Assembly: GCA_001462255.1 (NCBI GenBank)
Contig: LIUJ01000101.1
Location: forward strand, 12,452 to 52,871
Direction: 5' to 3'
DNA from: Fibrobacteria bacterium GUT77
GTDB taxonomy: Bacteria; Fibrobacterota; Chitinivibrionia; Chitinivibrionales; Chitinispirillaceae
DNA length: 40,420 bases
A program made the position numbers and the translations under genes. Shown here piece after piece: positions 9,263 through 20,490 of the stretch. The notes below the pieces were generated by a model. It was not told the origin of the DNA, ran no database searches, and saw nothing but the letters and a program-made list of their open reading frames with translations. Each line of letters starts with the position of its first letter. Within the stretch, counting starts at the first letter, position 1.

Positions 9263-9372
9263 ACTGCTGTGTACTCCTTTATACCCTTAATTATTATTTT
9301 TCACTCGTACATTTTTTACCTATACCGGCACTTAACCTCCACCGACTCTTTACGAACACGATAATCGTGCCA

Positions 9373-9912
9373 CTACTTGCCGGCCGTCTTACCGGCCTTT
9401 CTGCGTACCTGCTCACCGGCGTAACGTATACCCTTACCCTTATACGGCTCCGGAGGACGAATACGACGAATATCGGCGGCGGCCTGACCGACCTTTTCCT
9501 TATCAATACCCTCCACAACAATCTTGTTCGGACCATCCGTTTTATAGTCCAAACCCGAACGCGCCTTAAAAAGAACCGTTTCCGACAATCCGGCGGCTAT
9601 CAACAAATCCTTACCTTTCATCTCCGCCTTATACCCGACGCCCACTATCTCCAATTCGATCTTATAACCGGTCGTCACACCCATCACCATGTTGTTGATC
9701 AATACCCTGTAAAGACCCCACAACGCCTTGGTATTTTCCGCTTCAACCGCCGGAGTAAGCGTGATCGATCCGTCGGCAAACTCCACCTTAATCTCCGCCG
9801 GCACCTCTCTGCTCAGCGTTCCTTTACCACCCTTAATCTCTACCTTACGGCCACTGACCGTAACCGAGACACCGGCCGGAACCTTGACAGGCAATTTTCC
9901 TATGCGTGACAC
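9373..9912 (-). CDS. rplF: 50S ribosomal protein L6
   Basis: MSRIGKLPVKVPAGVSVTV.. is L6. GTG start after an AAGGAG SD. Confidence 0.95.
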   Translation of the reverse strand: MSRIGKLPVKVPAGVSVTVSGRKVEIKGGKGTLSREVPAEIKVEFADGSITLTPAVEAENTKALWGLYRVLINNMVMGVTTGYKIELEIVGVGYKAEMKGKDLLIAAGLSETVLFKARSGLDYKTDGPNKIVVEGIDKEKVGQAAADIRRIRPPEPYKGKGIRYAGEQVRRKAGKTAGK

Positions 9913-10006
9913 TTAACCGCTCCTTTATTATAATTTACCACAAAATCAATCAACGATTTTTTTACACCAAAACGCGCGCAACGCCCCCACTTAACCCACA
10001 CTTATC

Positions 10007-10402
10007 TCACCAAATCAAACCGATAACTTCACCGCCCACATTCATCTTCCTGCAATCACCGTCCGTCATTACCCCCTTGGAAGTACTGACTATGGCGATA
10101 CCCATCCCGCTTAACACCTTAGGCACCCCGGAAACACCGGAATACTTTTTGCGTCCCGGAGTCGACACACGCTTGAGCCCCTGAATGGCGTTGCGCATAT
10201 TTTCATCGTACTTGAGGAGAATTTTGATCGTCCCCTGCTTATCGTCGGTAACGAAAGCGTACTTCGAGATAAAGTGATTCTCAAAAAGAATCCGCGTGAT
10301 CTCTTTTTTGAGCTTGTTCGCAGGAACATCCACAGTACGCTTCCGAGCCTGTATAGCGTTCCTGATCCTGTTGAACATATCGGCAATCTGATCTGTTAAC
10401 AT
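10007..10402 (-). CDS. rpsH: 30S ribosomal protein S8
   Basis: MLTDQIADMFNRIRNAIQA.. is S8. Confidence 0.95.
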   Translation of the reverse strand: MLTDQIADMFNRIRNAIQARKRTVDVPANKLKKEITRILFENHFISKYAFVTDDKQGTIKILLKYDENMRNAIQGLKRVSTPGRKKYSGVSGVPKVLSGMGIAIVSTSKGVMTDGDCRKMNVGGEVIGLIW

Positions 10403-10438
10403 CCTATACTACCCCTTATATTGTTTTAGATATTTTCC

Positions 10439-10624
10439 TTACCAACTGGCCTTGACAACACCGGGTATCTCCCCGCGCAAAGCCATCTCCCTGAAACAAA
10501 GCCTACAAAGCCCGAAATCACGGATAAACGCCCGCGGACGTCCGCAACGTTTGCAACGCGTATAAGCGCGCGCCTTAAACTTCGGTTTTTTTCTACTCTT
10601 CTCAATTAACGCCTTACGAGCCAC
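10439..10624 (-). CDS. rpsN: 30S ribosomal protein S14, short zinc-binding (type Z) form
   Basis: 61 aa, [46 protein letters not shown].. with two CxxC pairs. GTG start. Confidence 0.95.
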   Translation of the reverse strand: MARKALIEKSRKKPKFKARAYTRCKRCGRPRAFIRDFGLCRLCFREMALRGEIPGVVKASW

Positions 10625-10648
10625 TGTACCGCTCCTTTTTATTTAATG

Positions 10649-11209
10649 TTACCTCCTAAACGGCATCCCCAATTCCTCCAACAAACCCATACCTTCCTCA
10701 TTATTTTCAGCCGTCGTGTTTATACAGATATCCATACCGGATATTTTAGCGATTTTATCACGATCGACCTCCAAAAACACTATCTGCTCCTTAATACCCA
10801 TAGTATAATTCCCAAACCCGTCAAACGACTTGCGCGGCAAACCCCTAAAGTCACGGATACGCGGAATCGTTATCGCCACCAAGCGATCAAAAAACTCCCA
10901 CATCCGCACCCCACGCAACGTGACTTTAGCGCCTATAGCAATGCCTTCGCGCAATTTAAAGTTTGAAATGGCCTTCTTAGCCCTTGTCACCACCGGTTTT
11001 TGACCGCTGATTTCACGCAAACAATTCACGGCCTCGTCTATGAGCTTTGCGTCCGCAGTCGCGCCGCCGACACCCATATTGATAACGATTTTGTCGAGAC
11101 GCGGCACCTGATTGACGTTCTTGTAACCGAACCTCTTCATAAGCGCCGGAACGACCGTGCCCTTGTACTTTTCCCACATACGGGGCTTTTGTTTAGCATC
11201 CTTAGCCAC
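10649..11209 (-). CDS. rplE: 50S ribosomal protein L5
   Basis: ..[34 protein letters not shown].. is L5. A GTG start directly abuts the rplX stop, with an AAGGAGA SD 8 nt upstream. Confidence 0.94.
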   Translation of the reverse strand: MAKDAKQKPRMWEKYKGTVVPALMKRFGYKNVNQVPRLDKIVINMGVGGATADAKLIDEAVNCLREISGQKPVVTRAKKAISNFKLREGIAIGAKVTLRGVRMWEFFDRLVAITIPRIRDFRGLPRKSFDGFGNYTMGIKEQIVFLEVDRDKIAKISGMDICINTTAENNEEGMGLLEELGMPFRR

Positions 11210-11524
11210 TTATATCGTCTCCTTCGCCTTCTTGGAATACCTTACCCTACTCCCGTCCTCAAGCACCTTTACGCCCAAACGCGTAGGTTTGCCCGTTTTC
11301 GGACACTTGAGCATTACATTGGAGATATGAAGCGCCGCCTCCTTCTCCATAATGCCGCCCTGCTGATTTTTCAGGCTGGGTTTTGTGTGCCGCCTGACTA
11401 TGTTTATACCCTCGACGATGACCCTGCCTTTTTCCGGAATAACCTTGAGGATCTTACCGCTCTTCCCCTTATACTCACCGGACAGTACCTCAACCACATC
11501 GTCTTTACGCAAACCTAATGACAT
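11210..11524 (-). CDS. rplX: 50S ribosomal protein L24
   Basis: ..LRKDDVVEVLSGEYKGKSGKILKV.. (KOW motif) is L24. Confidence 0.95.
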   Translation of the reverse strand: MSLGLRKDDVVEVLSGEYKGKSGKILKVIPEKGRVIVEGINIVRRHTKPSLKNQQGGIMEKEAALHISNVMLKCPKTGKPTRLGVKVLEDGSRVRYSKKAKETI

Positions 11525-11548
11525 ACCTCTTCTCCTAACCTCTGATTA

Positions 11549-11917
11549 TTACAATACTTCCGGCGCCAACGACACAATGCGCGTAAACTTTTTTTCACGC
11601 AACTCACGAGCAACCGGACCGAAGATACGCGTGCCCTTCGGCTCTCCCGCGTCGTTTATTATTACAGCCGCGTTGTCGCTGAAACGTATGTACGTTCCAT
11701 CCTTGCGACCATATTCTTTGGCCGTACGAACAACAACCGCCTTGGCAACCGCCCCCTTCTTAACGGCTCCGTTGGGAATTGCGTCCTTAACCGCCACAAC
11801 TATCACGTCGCCGACCCGCGCGTAACGCCTACGAGTGCCGCCAAGCACCCTTATACATTGAACTTTTTTCGCGCCGGAATTATCGGCTACATTCAACCTC
11901 GTCTCTACCTGTATCAT
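11549..11917 (-). CDS. rplN: 50S ribosomal protein L14
   Basis: [27 protein letters not shown].. is L14. Confidence 0.96.
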   Translation of the reverse strand: MIQVETRLNVADNSGAKKVQCIRVLGGTRRRYARVGDVIVVAVKDAIPNGAVKKGAVAKAVVVRTAKEYGRKDGTYIRFSDNAAVIINDAGEPKGTRIFGPVARELREKKFTRIVSLAPEVL

Positions 11918-12046
11918 AACCGCTCACACCCTCTCCTAAAAACCTACAAGATTCTCATGTTTTTGATGATAAACACCACCGTCATCAACGCTTGGCCTTT
12001 GCATTGATGGCGGCGGCACTTACCGACACCGCCACACCCTCAAACA

Positions 12047-12304
12047 CTACTCGGCACGCTCCAATATCTCACCCACACGCCAACGCTTTGTTTTTGACAA
12101 CGGACGGGTTTCCACAATCCTCACCCTATCGCCGACTTTACACTCATTCGCCTCGTCGTGCGCGACGTAACGCTTCTTCATTTTAACGGTACGACCGTAG
12201 ATCGGATGCATTAGCTGACGCTCTACCTCCACCACGACGCTCTTGTCCATCTTGTCGCTGACGACATCGCCTTCACGCTCTTTTCTGTAATTTCTCTCCG
12301 ACAT
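12047..12304 (-). CDS. rpsQ: 30S ribosomal protein S17
   Basis: ..[42 protein letters not shown].. is S17. Confidence 0.95.
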   Translation of the reverse strand: MSERNYRKEREGDVVSDKMDKSVVVEVERQLMHPIYGRTVKMKKRYVAHDEANECKVGDRVRIVETRPLSKTKRWRVGEILERAE

Positions 12305-12317
12305 CCGTATTCCTCCG

Positions 12318-12524
12318 TCAGGCCTTCGCGGCCGTCCTCTTTTTTTCGTTAAGAATGGTTTTCGCCCGCGCTATATCCCTCTTGACATAACGCAACTGAA
12401 GCGGGTTCGTGAGCTGCCCCATCTTCGCCTGAAACCTCAAATTGAAAAATTCCTCCTCAAGAGAATCCACTTTCTTCTCTATCTCCTCCGGAGAAAGTTC
12501 CCTGATCTCTTTAGCCGTAATCAT
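12318..12524 (-). CDS. rpmC: 50S ribosomal protein L29
   Basis: ..[29 protein letters not shown].. is L29. Overlaps the rplP stop by 1 nt. Confidence 0.94.
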   Translation of the reverse strand: MITAKEIRELSPEEIEKKVDSLEEEFFNLRFQAKMGQLTNPLQLRYVKRDIARAKTILNEKKRTAAKA

Positions 12525-12940
12525 TATATCTGCTTCTCCAATTCAATGAAACGCGTGAGCACGGGCAACTTATGCGCGGCAAGCCTCATAGCCTCCTTCG
12601 CAATATCAGCCTTGATCCCGCCTATCTCAAACATCACCGTACCGGGACGCACCACCGCTACCCACCCCTCCGGCGCGCCCTTTCCGGAACCCATACGCGA
12701 TTCCGCCGGATGCTTGGTAATGGGCTTATCTGGAAAGACGCGAATCCACACCTTCCCACCGCGCTTGATGAAACGGGTCATAGCGATACGAGCCGCCTCT
12801 ATCTGACGGTTATCGACCCACCCCGGTTCCGTAGACTGCAACCCAAATTCTCCGAAAGCCACTTCGTTGCACCTTTGGGCAACCCCGCCCATCCGACCAC
12901 GTTGCGTCTTTCTCCATTTTACCTTCTTAGGCGATAACAT
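12524..12940 (-). CDS. rplP: 50S ribosomal protein L16
   Basis: [19 protein letters not shown].. is L16. Confidence 0.96.
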   Translation of the reverse strand: MLSPKKVKWRKTQRGRMGGVAQRCNEVAFGEFGLQSTEPGWVDNRQIEAARIAMTRFIKRGGKVWIRVFPDKPITKHPAESRMGSGKGAPEGWVAVVRPGTVMFEIGGIKADIAKEAMRLAAHKLPVLTRFIELEKQI

Positions 12941-12981
12941 TCCTTTACCCTTTCACTCGACGGGACGATTACCGTCGCCCC

Positions 12982-13653
12982 CTACTTGTTTGCCGCTTCC
13001 GCGTTGGCTTTGGCCAACGCCATAGCCCGCGACATTACCTCACCTTTGCATATCCATACCTTTATACCTATACACCCATACGTCGTGTGCGACGTAGCCG
13101 TAGCGTAATCTATGTCGGCACGAAGGGTATGCAACGGCACGCGCCCCTCCTTAAATGTCTCGGTACGAGCAATTTCAGCGCCGTTCAACCTGCCCGACAC
13201 CATTATTTTTATACCCTCGGCACCCATACGCATCGCCGTGGAAATTGCCTTTTTAATCGCTTTTTTGTACGACACGCGCTTCTCAACCTGACGCGCGATA
13301 TTGTCCGCGACAAGCTGAGAATCCATCTCCGGCTTCTTCACCTCGCGAATATTTATTTGTATCTCTTTTTGAGTAAGATGCTGAAGCTCGCCCTTAAGCC
13401 TCTCGACCTCTTCACCCTTCTTACCGATAACAATACCAGGACGCGACGTATGAACACCCACCGTCACGCGTTTCGCGGTACGCTCAATGTCTATAGCGCT
13501 GATCCCACCATGCTCAAGACGCTTGCGGAGGTAATTCCTCAAAAGGATATCCTCGTACAAGTAATCGGCAAACCGCTCTTTAGCGTACCAGTTCGAACAC
13601 CACGATCTCGTAATGCCCAAACGCAACCCAACCGGATTAGTCTTCTGACCCAC
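12982..13653 (-). CDS. rpsC: 30S ribosomal protein S3
   Basis: The GTG at 13653 gives [18 protein letters not shown].., the canonical S3 start, with GGAGGGG just upstream and right after the rplV stop. The ORF-track start (13695) would overlap rplV by 31 nt. Confidence 0.94.
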   Translation of the reverse strand: MGQKTNPVGLRLGITRSWCSNWYAKERFADYLYEDILLRNYLRKRLEHGGISAIDIERTAKRVTVGVHTSRPGIVIGKKGEEVERLKGELQHLTQKEIQINIREVKKPEMDSQLVADNIARQVEKRVSYKKAIKKAISTAMRMGAEGIKIMVSGRLNGAEIARTETFKEGRVPLHTLRADIDYATATSHTTYGCIGIKVWICKGEVMSRAMALAKANAEAANK

Positions 13654-13664
13654 AACCCCTCCCG

Positions 13665-14006
13665 TTAACTCGATAAGGTGACGGAAATGTGACAAGAGCG
13701 CTTAAGAATTCCGGCCGCGCTACCCTTAGCGCGCGGACGAAACCGCTTCATAACCGGCCCATCGTCCACACGTATCTCCTTAACGCGAAGCCCATTCACC
13801 TCTATGTCCGCGTCACCGCCATTATTCGAAAAATTCGCCACTGCCGAACTTATTAACTTGGCGACATCCTCCGCTACTTCTTTCTTTACCCCAAATCGAA
13901 GCAAATTCAAAGCCTCGTTGACATTCTTGCCCCTAACCGCATCGGCCACAAGACGCGCCTTTCGGGGCGTTGACCTCAAATTTTTTAGCACTGCTTTTGA
14001 CTCCAT
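13665..14006 (-). CDS. rplV: 50S ribosomal protein L22
   Basis: [29 protein letters not shown].. is L22. The ATG at 14006 is preceded by AGGAGA at 7 nt; the ORF-track TTG at 14033 is probably an over-extension. Confidence 0.94.
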   Translation of the reverse strand: MESKAVLKNLRSTPRKARLVADAVRGKNVNEALNLLRFGVKKEVAEDVAKLISSAVANFSNNGGDADIEVNGLRVKEIRVDDGPVMKRFRPRAKGSAAGILKRSCHISVTLSS

Positions 14007-14074
14007 GACCTGTTCTCCTAAAATTCCTAACAAAATTCAACTGTTTGTTACGTCAAAAACACGGGTCGAATCCT

Positions 14075-14359
14075 CTACCGCTTCGCGGCTTTGTCCGTTT
14101 TAGCTCCGCTGTGACCGCGAAAGTTGCGCGTGGGCGCGAACTCACCCAAACGATGACCCACCATATTCTCGGTAACGTACACCGGTAAAAATTTGTTTCC
14201 ATTATGTACGGAAAAGGTTTGCCCCACAAACTCCGGCAAAATCACCGAACGACGCGACCAAGTCTTTATAACCTTTTTTTGACCGGTCTTGTTCGAATCG
14301 TCAACCTTTTTTACCAAATGAGCGTCTACAAACGGCCCCTTCTTTACTGAACGTGCCAT
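14075..14359 (-). CDS. rpsS: 30S ribosomal protein S19
   Basis: [19 protein letters not shown].. is S19. Confidence 0.96.
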   Translation of the reverse strand: MARSVKKGPFVDAHLVKKVDDSNKTGQKKVIKTWSRRSVILPEFVGQTFSVHNGNKFLPVYVTENMVGHRLGEFAPTRNFRGHSGAKTDKAAKR

Positions 14360-14362
14360 AGC

Positions 14363-15190
14363 TTACTTTGACCTCCGTCTTACAATGTATTTACCCGACG
14401 GCTTTTTACGATCACGCGTCTTAAGCCCTTTTGACTTTTGCCCCCACGGCGACACCGGATGTCCGCCGCCGGAGGTTTTACCCTCGCCACCGCCCATCGG
14501 ATGGTCAACCGGGTTCATAGCCACGCCACGCACCGTAGGACGTATGCCCATGTGGCGCTTACGACCGGCGGAACCGATACAAACATCTATGTGATCGACG
14601 TTGCTCACCCTGCCTATAGTGGCAACACACCCTTCGCGAACGTTGCGAACTTCACTCGACGGAAACTTTATTTGAACAAGATTATTTTCTTTGGCCACAA
14701 CCTCCGCGTAAGCGCCGGCGCTACGGGCAATTTGACCGCCCTTCTTCTCGCGTAACTCAATGTTGTGAACCTGTGTGCCAAGAGGGATATTTGCCAAAGG
14801 CATACAATTACCCTCGGCAATCTCCGCTTCCGCGCCGGATAAAATCTTTTGGCCGACTTTCATATTGACCGTAGCCAAAATGTAACGACGCTCACCGTCA
14901 ACATACTTTACCAAAGCGATAAACGCCGAACGATTAGGATCGTACTCAATCGTCTCAACCGTACCCGGAATATTGATTTTGTCGCGCTTAAAATCGATAA
15001 TACGAATAAAACGCTTATTGCCGCCACCGCGATGACGCACCGTAATGACACCCCTATTATTACGACCGTTCGTCCTATTCTTGGCGATAAGGAGCGGCTT
15101 ATGAGGCTCATCCGTTGTAAGCTGATCAAAGACGGTAGTCGTCTTATACCGAAGCGTCGGCGTCAACGGTCTGTACTTTTTTAATGCCAT
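14363..15190 (-). CDS. rplB: 50S ribosomal protein L2
   Basis: 275 aa; ..[15 protein letters not shown].. and ..[20 protein letters not shown].. are L2. Confidence 0.96.
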   Translation of the reverse strand: MALKKYRPLTPTLRYKTTTVFDQLTTDEPHKPLLIAKNRTNGRNNRGVITVRHRGGGNKRFIRIIDFKRDKINIPGTVETIEYDPNRSAFIALVKYVDGERRYILATVNMKVGQKILSGAEAEIAEGNCMPLANIPLGTQVHNIELREKKGGQIARSAGAYAEVVAKENNLVQIKFPSSEVRNVREGCVATIGRVSNVDHIDVCIGSAGRKRHMGIRPTVRGVAMNPVDHPMGGGEGKTSGGGHPVSPWGQKSKGLKTRDRKKPSGKYIVRRRSK

Positions 15191-15318
15191 AACTCACCTT
15201 TTCTTTAAATAGACTTGGAAAGGTACCTACCTATCCAGTATCTATACGTTTTGCGGACGGTAAAATTCCGCCCATAACTACGTTTATACCAACGTCCTTC
15301 TTTTAATCCGCTACCCTT

Positions 15319-15609
15319 TTACACCTCACCGAATTTTTCTATATTCTGCCCCGCCTTAATTTTGACGATGGCCTTTTTTCTATCGCTCCTAAATCCAACA
15401 CTACGCCCGGTACGCTTCTTCTTACCCTTAACCACCATAGTGTTGACCGCTACCACGTCAACGCTGAAAAGCTTTTGAACCGCCTCTTTGATATCGGCCT
15501 TGCCGGCATCAAGCGCAACCTCGAACACGTACTTGTTCTGCTCGGTACGCAACGCGGTGTTCTTCTCCGTAATGGAGGGGTACTTTATTATAGAATGATA
15601 TTTGCTCAC
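15319..15609 (-). CDS. rplW: 50S ribosomal protein L23
   Basis: ..IIKYPSITEKNTALRTEQNKYVFEV.. is L23. Its GTG start overlaps the rplD stop (GTGA). Confidence 0.94.
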   Translation of the reverse strand: MSKYHSIIKYPSITEKNTALRTEQNKYVFEVALDAGKADIKEAVQKLFSVDVVAVNTMVVKGKKKRTGRSVGFRSDRKKAIVKIKAGQNIEKFGEV

Positions 15610-16238
15610 TTCGTCACCGCCTCCGAAACCTTGTTTATCAGACCCTCTCCGCCAAAAATGATATTGTCGGAGCTTATAATATCAAGAGCGTTAATCTCCG
15701 CTACGGGGCGAATGTCGAGACCCCGAATGTTACGACTTGATAAATATACATTATTTACACCCTCATTATCAAGAATTAACAAATTTTTTTTACCGATAAG
15801 ATTCATAGCCTCAAGCATTCCCGCGATAACCTTGGTTTTTGGCTCGTCGCAAGCTATGGAATCCACAACGGAAATCAAGCCGTCCCCCGCCCGAGACGAA
15901 AGCGCCGATACAAGCGCTAACTTTTTGAGTTTACGAGGGATAACCGTATAGTAATCACGCGGTGAAGGCCCAAACGCTTTACCGCCACGCTTCCACACCG
16001 GCGACGTATTCGACCCCGCGCGGGCACGCCCGGTACCCTTTTGACGCCACGGTTTCTTGCCGCCGCCGGAGACCTCCCCACGCCCCTTCGTCTTAGCCGT
16101 GCCCTGACGTTGATTCGCCTGATACGACTTTATAACCTGGTGGAGAAGACTTTCGTTCACCTCCGCGGCAAAAACGGAATCGGGAAGATCAACGTCCCCA
16201 ATTACCGCGCCGCTTTGTTGATACAGTTTTGCTTTCAT
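15606..16238 (-). CDS. rplD: 50S ribosomal protein L4
   Basis: MKAKLYQQSGAVIGDVDLPDSVFA.. is L4. The ATG at 16238 follows an AAGGAAG SD. The ORF-track start (16319) would overlap rplC and adds 27 non-conserved residues. Confidence 0.93.
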   Translation of the reverse strand: MKAKLYQQSGAVIGDVDLPDSVFAAEVNESLLHQVIKSYQANQRQGTAKTKGRGEVSGGGKKPWRQKGTGRARAGSNTSPVWKRGGKAFGPSPRDYYTVIPRKLKKLALVSALSSRAGDGLISVVDSIACDEPKTKVIAGMLEAMNLIGKKNLLILDNEGVNNVYLSSRNIRGLDIRPVAEINALDIISSDNIIFGGEGLINKVSEAVTK

Positions 16239-16273
16239 TACCGATTCTTCCTTTATTTTCTGTAAACGCCTAA

Positions 16274-16906
16274 TTACTTCTCTATGAACTTCCTCAAATA
16301 AACAATTCCGGTACGACATCCGGGCACCGAACCTTTTACAAATACAAGACCGGCCTCCTTATCTATCCCCACAACCTCAAGCCTACGCGTCGTCACTTGT
16401 TCGGCTCCCATATGACCGGACATTTTAAGACCCGGAGGAACCCGCGCCGGATACGAACCCGCGCCGGACGACCCGCGTTCCCTCAAATTGGTGTTACCGT
16501 GCGATTCACGCCCGCGTTGAAAATTATAACGCTTGATCGTACCGGCATGCCCTCTACCTTTAGAGACCCCAGTCACGTTCACGAACTTAACATTCTCAAA
16601 GACCTCTACCCCTATCGACTGTCCGGGCTTAAGTTCCTTGTCGGCGTCACAATCGGGCTCAAACTCCTTAAGCACCCTCATCGGTGCGCTACCGGATTTT
16701 TTGAAATGCCCCTCCTGCGGCTTTTTAACCTTACGAGGCGCAACCTCATCAAAACCAAGCTGAACGGCGTTATAGCCGTCGATCTCTTCGGTTTTGATTT
16801 GTTCGACGACGTTGTTGCCGGCAAGGATGACCGTTACCCCAACAACACGCCCGGTCTCGTTAAAGACCCGCGTCATTCCGACCTTTTTTCCTATAAGACC
16901 ACGCAT
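16274..16906 (-). CDS. rplC: 50S ribosomal protein L3
   Basis: MRGLIGKKVGMTRVFNETG.. is L3. Confidence 0.96.
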   Translation of the reverse strand: MRGLIGKKVGMTRVFNETGRVVGVTVILAGNNVVEQIKTEEIDGYNAVQLGFDEVAPRKVKKPQEGHFKKSGSAPMRVLKEFEPDCDADKELKPGQSIGVEVFENVKFVNVTGVSKGRGHAGTIKRYNFQRGRESHGNTNLRERGSSGAGSYPARVPPGLKMSGHMGAEQVTTRRLEVVGIDKEAGLVFVKGSVPGCRTGIVYLRKFIEK

Positions 16907-16989
16907 AATACACCTATCTCTTTTTGATGATTACGACGGAGCGGGCTAACCCCACTCCCCACAAAACCCTATTTTTCCATATCAAAAAA

Positions 16990-17298
16990 TCAAACTTTGA
17001 TCTCCACATCAACCCCAGCCGGCAAATCCAGCTTCATAAGCGAATCAACCGTTTGCGGCGTAGATTCTAAAATATCAATCAACCTTTTGTGCACACGAGT
17101 CTCAAACTGCTCACGCGATTTTTTGTTCACGTGGGGCGAACGAAGAACCGTGTAAATCGTTTTCTCCGTAGGCAACGGTATCGGCCCGGAAATGCGGGCG
17201 CCCGTACCCTTAGCCGTACGCACGATATCCGACGCGGACTTATCAAGAATATTGTGATCAAACGACTTCAACCTAATACGAATTCTTTCTCCCGGCAT
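16990..17298 (-). CDS. rpsJ: 30S ribosomal protein S10
   Basis: ..[29 protein letters not shown].. is S10. Confidence 0.96.
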   Translation of the reverse strand: MPGERIRIRLKSFDHNILDKSASDIVRTAKGTGARISGPIPLPTEKTIYTVLRSPHVNKKSREQFETRVHKRLIDILESTPQTVDSLMKLDLPAGVDVEIKV

Positions 17299-17341
17299 TT
17301 TTATTACTCCCTATAATAAAAAGTCAACGCATTTTTACAAT

Positions 17342-17368
17342 ATTATAAAATTAACGTTAAAATAACAA
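17342..17368 (-). promoter_or_regulatory. Candidate promoter in the fusA-rpsJ spacer (perfect TATAAT, weak -35 TTGTTA at 15-nt spacing)
   Basis: Minus strand has TATAAT at 17342-17347 and TTGTTA at 17363-17368, inside a 125-nt AT-rich spacer. Spacing is suboptimal, so the call is tentative. Confidence 0.25.
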
Positions 17369-17423
17369 AACTATTATCATCGTCCCACCCACAACCCAAA
17401 TCACCGCAACATAAACTTAAATA

Positions 17424-19526
17424 TTACAATCGCCCTATCCTCTTCAGTATACCCTCCTGCACCGCCTTACCCGCCACCTCGTATCTATCAATCTGCATCG
17501 TATATGACGCCCTCCCCTGACTCAACGACCGTAGCGCCGTTGCGTAACCGAACATTTCAGAGAGCGGGGCAAAACCGCTAACAACCTGAACATCCTTACG
17601 AGCGTCTATTCCCAAAACCTTCCCGCGCCGCCCGTTAAAGTCGTTTATCACCGCGCCCATATACTCGGGCGGTACGACTATCTCCACAGACATTACCGGT
17701 TCCATCACAGCGGGTGACGCCTTCATGCACGCTTCCTTGAAAGCCATACTCCCGGCTATCTTAAAACCTATCTCGGTTGAATCGTCTTCGTTATATACGG
17801 AAGACAACAACTGAACCCGAACCCCAGCAACAAGAAACCCGGAAAGCGCTCCCCCCCCCGCAGCCTCCAACACCCCCTGCCTCACCGCGTCAACAAACTC
17901 CGTTGGCAACGCGTTGGCCGGTAAAGCGTTTATAAACTCAACACCATCCGTAGATTCCATCGGCTCCACGCCCAACTTTATATGGCCGTGATGAGTCTTT
18001 CCGCCGACCGGCTGGTTAAACTCATACTCCTGAATTGCCGACGCCGTTACAGTCTCTTTATACGAAACTTGCGGTTTACCCACATACACGCCGACATTAA
18101 ATTCTTTAATGAGACGATCCACCAAAATTTCTACGTGAAGCTCTCCCATCCCGGAGATAAGCCTCTGCCCCGTCTCACCGTCTACCCGCACCCTACAAGT
18201 AGGGTCTTCGTCAGCCAACCTCTCAAGCGCCAAATTCAGCTTTTCTTCATCCGCCGTGCTCTTCGGCTCTATCGACCTCGACAAGACCGGGTCGGGAAAC
18301 GTCATTTGCTCAAAAATGATCGGAAAATCCGGATCACATATCGTATCGCCGGTGGTAGTATCCTTTAACCCCACCAAACCGACTATATCCCCCGCCTCCA
18401 TACTGTTTTCGGCATGCCTCTTGTTGGAGTGCATCCGAAAAATTCTAGCCGCCTTTTCCTTGGACTTTATTCGCGGATTATAGAGCACGCTCTTAAAACC
18501 CGCCTTACCCGAATAAACCCTCGCGTAAGCCAACCGCCCAACATGTTGATCCGCCGCGATTTTAAAAACCAACGCCGAAAACGGTTGTCTTTCAACCTCC
18601 GGCAACCTTTCCTTAACCTCCAACGTAACAGGCTCAACGCCCGTCACCGCCCCCCTATCTATAGGAGAAGGTAAGTAGGAGACCACGGCATCAAGCAACT
18701 GCTGTATCCCCTTATTCTTAAAAGACGATCCGCAAAGCACGGGACAGATTTTATTTCGCAACACCCCGCGCCTCAAAGCCGCTCTAATCAATTCCTCGCC
18801 GACAACCTCACCATCCAACACCTTTGCCATCAATTCATCGCTGAAATCAACAGCCGCCTCAATCATAACCTCACGCCGTGACGCCGCCTCCTCAATAAAT
18901 TGCGTCGGTATATCACCCATAACAACCTTTGCGCCCAACGCCTCCTCATCGTAACGATAAGACTTCATAGACACGAGGTCTATCACACCGTCAAACTTAT
19001 CCTCCGCCCCCACCGGCATTTGTATCGGCACTGCCTTTATTGAAGAAAATTTACGCTCCATCGCGCCGACGCAAGCGTTAAAGTCCGCCCCTATACGATC
19101 CATCTTGTTTATGTACGCTATACGTGGAACACCGTATTTATCGGCCTGCCTCCAAACGGTCTCCGACTGGGGCTCTACACCGCCCACAGAATCAAACACG
19201 GCGACCGCACCGTCCAAAACTCTCAAAGAACGCTCCACCTCTATAGTAAAATCCACATGACCGGGCGTATCTATGATGTTTATACGGTGACCGCCCCACA
19301 AACACGTGGTAGCCGCGGAGGTAATCGTAATTCCCCGCTCCCTCTCCTGCACCATCCAGTCCATGACCGTATTTCCGTCGTGAACCTCGCCCATACGATG
19401 CAAAATACCCGTATAAAACAATATTCGTTCCGTGGTGGTAGTCTTACCGGCATCTATGTGAGCCATAATGCCGATGTTACGCACCGCCGACAAATCAATC
19501 TTATGTTCCTTAGGGGCGCTACTCAT
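17424..19526 (-). CDS. fusA: Translation elongation factor G
   Basis: 700 aa; ..[25 protein letters not shown].., DTPGHVDF and NKMD GTPase motifs. Follows rpsG. Confidence 0.97.
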   Translation of the reverse strand: MSSAPKEHKIDLSAVRNIGIMAHIDAGKTTTTERILFYTGILHRMGEVHDGNTVMDWMVQERERGITITSAATTCLWGGHRINIIDTPGHVDFTIEVERSLRVLDGAVAVFDSVGGVEPQSETVWRQADKYGVPRIAYINKMDRIGADFNACVGAMERKFSSIKAVPIQMPVGAEDKFDGVIDLVSMKSYRYDEEALGAKVVMGDIPTQFIEEAASRREVMIEAAVDFSDELMAKVLDGEVVGEELIRAALRRGVLRNKICPVLCGSSFKNKGIQQLLDAVVSYLPSPIDRGAVTGVEPVTLEVKERLPEVERQPFSALVFKIAADQHVGRLAYARVYSGKAGFKSVLYNPRIKSKEKAARIFRMHSNKRHAENSMEAGDIVGLVGLKDTTTGDTICDPDFPIIFEQMTFPDPVLSRSIEPKSTADEEKLNLALERLADEDPTCRVRVDGETGQRLISGMGELHVEILVDRLIKEFNVGVYVGKPQVSYKETVTASAIQEYEFNQPVGGKTHHGHIKLGVEPMESTDGVEFINALPANALPTEFVDAVRQGVLEAAGGGALSGFLVAGVRVQLLSSVYNEDDSTEIGFKIAGSMAFKEACMKASPAVMEPVMSVEIVVPPEYMGAVINDFNGRRGKVLGIDARKDVQVVSGFAPLSEMFGYATALRSLSQGRASYTMQIDRYEVAGKAVQEGILKRIGRL

Positions 19527-19541
19527 ACCGTCGCCCGAAAA

Positions 19542-20012
19542 TCAATACCGAAAGTGCGCGAACGCCTTATTCGCTTCCGCCATTTTGTGCGTATCTATCT
19601 TCTTACGTACGGCCCCGCCCTCATTTTTGAACGCCTGAACAAACTCGTTAGCCAACTTTTCGGCCATATTCTTTTCAGTCCGCTCCCGCGCGTAGTTTAT
19701 AAGCCAACGAATGGCAAGAGACGTACGCCGCTCCGGCGATACCTCTATAGGCACCTGATAGTTCGCTCCGCCTATACGACGAGACTTCACCTCAAGCACC
19801 GGTTTCACGTTGTCAACAGCCTTCTTAAAGACCGACAACCCGTCCTGTCCGGCGCGTTGCCCGGCCATTTCGACCGCGCTGTAAAAAATATTTTCCGCCA
19901 GACGCTTTTTTCCACTACGCGTAACGCTATTGATAAACTGCGTTACAAGCGTACTATTGAACCTGGGATCCGCCGTAACCTCGCGCTTCTCCGCGTTTCT
20001 TCTTCTTGACAT
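19542..20012 (-). CDS. rpsG: 30S ribosomal protein S7
   Basis: MSRRRNAEKREVTADPRFNSTLVTQFIN.. is S7. Confidence 0.96.
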   Translation of the reverse strand: MSRRRNAEKREVTADPRFNSTLVTQFINSVTRSGKKRLAENIFYSAVEMAGQRAGQDGLSVFKKAVDNVKPVLEVKSRRIGGANYQVPIEVSPERRTSLAIRWLINYARERTEKNMAEKLANEFVQAFKNEGGAVRKKIDTHKMAEANKAFAHFRY

Positions 20013-20021
20013 ATTATACCC

Positions 20022-20399
20022 TTACTTGGCCTTAGGCCGCTTTACGCCGTACTTTGAACGGCTACGTTTACGATTCGTTACACCCTGCGTATCAAGCGCA
20101 CCGCGAATAATGTGATAACGCACACCGGGAACGTCCTTGACACGACCGCCGCGAATAAGAACAATCGAGTGTTCCTGAAGGTTGTGTCCTTCTCCAGGAA
20201 TGTACGCGTTGACCTCCATGTGGTTGGTCAACCGCACACGCGCTACCTTACGCATCGCCGAATTCGGCTTCTTGGGAGTGGTCGTGAACACACGGGTACA
20301 CACACCGCGCCGCTGCGGACAACTATGCAGAGCCGGAGACTTGCTCCGATTCTCCAACTGCTCCCGCCCCTTACGTATCAGTTGACTTATCGTCGGCAC
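20022..20399 (-). CDS. rpsL: 30S ribosomal protein S12
   Basis: [32 protein letters not shown].. is S12. GTG start after a GGAGG SD. Confidence 0.96.
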   Translation of the reverse strand: MPTISQLIRKGREQLENRSKSPALHSCPQRRGVCTRVFTTTPKKPNSAMRKVARVRLTNHMEVNAYIPGEGHNLQEHSIVLIRGGRVKDVPGVRYHIIRGALDTQGVTNRKRSRSKYGVKRPKAK

Positions 20400-20436
20400 T
20401 TACATTCCTCCAAAAGATTTTTTTAGACAGTGACTA

Positions 20437-20490
20437 AATATAATATTAAACAAAAAAAATTGCAACTTTTTTTTTATTTTTTTTTTAAGG
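20437..20490 (-). promoter_or_regulatory. Candidate strong promoter of rpsL-rpsG-fusA: A-tract UP region + TTGCAA-N17-TATATT
   Basis: Minus strand reads TTAAAAAAAAAATAAAAAAAAAG-TTGCAA(20460-20465)-17 nt-TATATT(20437-20442), about 35 nt before the rpsL start. Confidence 0.5.

Noticed and set aside
9357-9372. Sigma-54-like TGGCACGATTATCGTG immediately after the rplF stop
   Set aside because: The -12 element reads TCGT instead of TTGC, so the GC dinucleotide is missing. The string is better explained as the palindrome CACGAT-T-ATCGTG, and a sigma-54 promoter inside the spc cluster is implausible.
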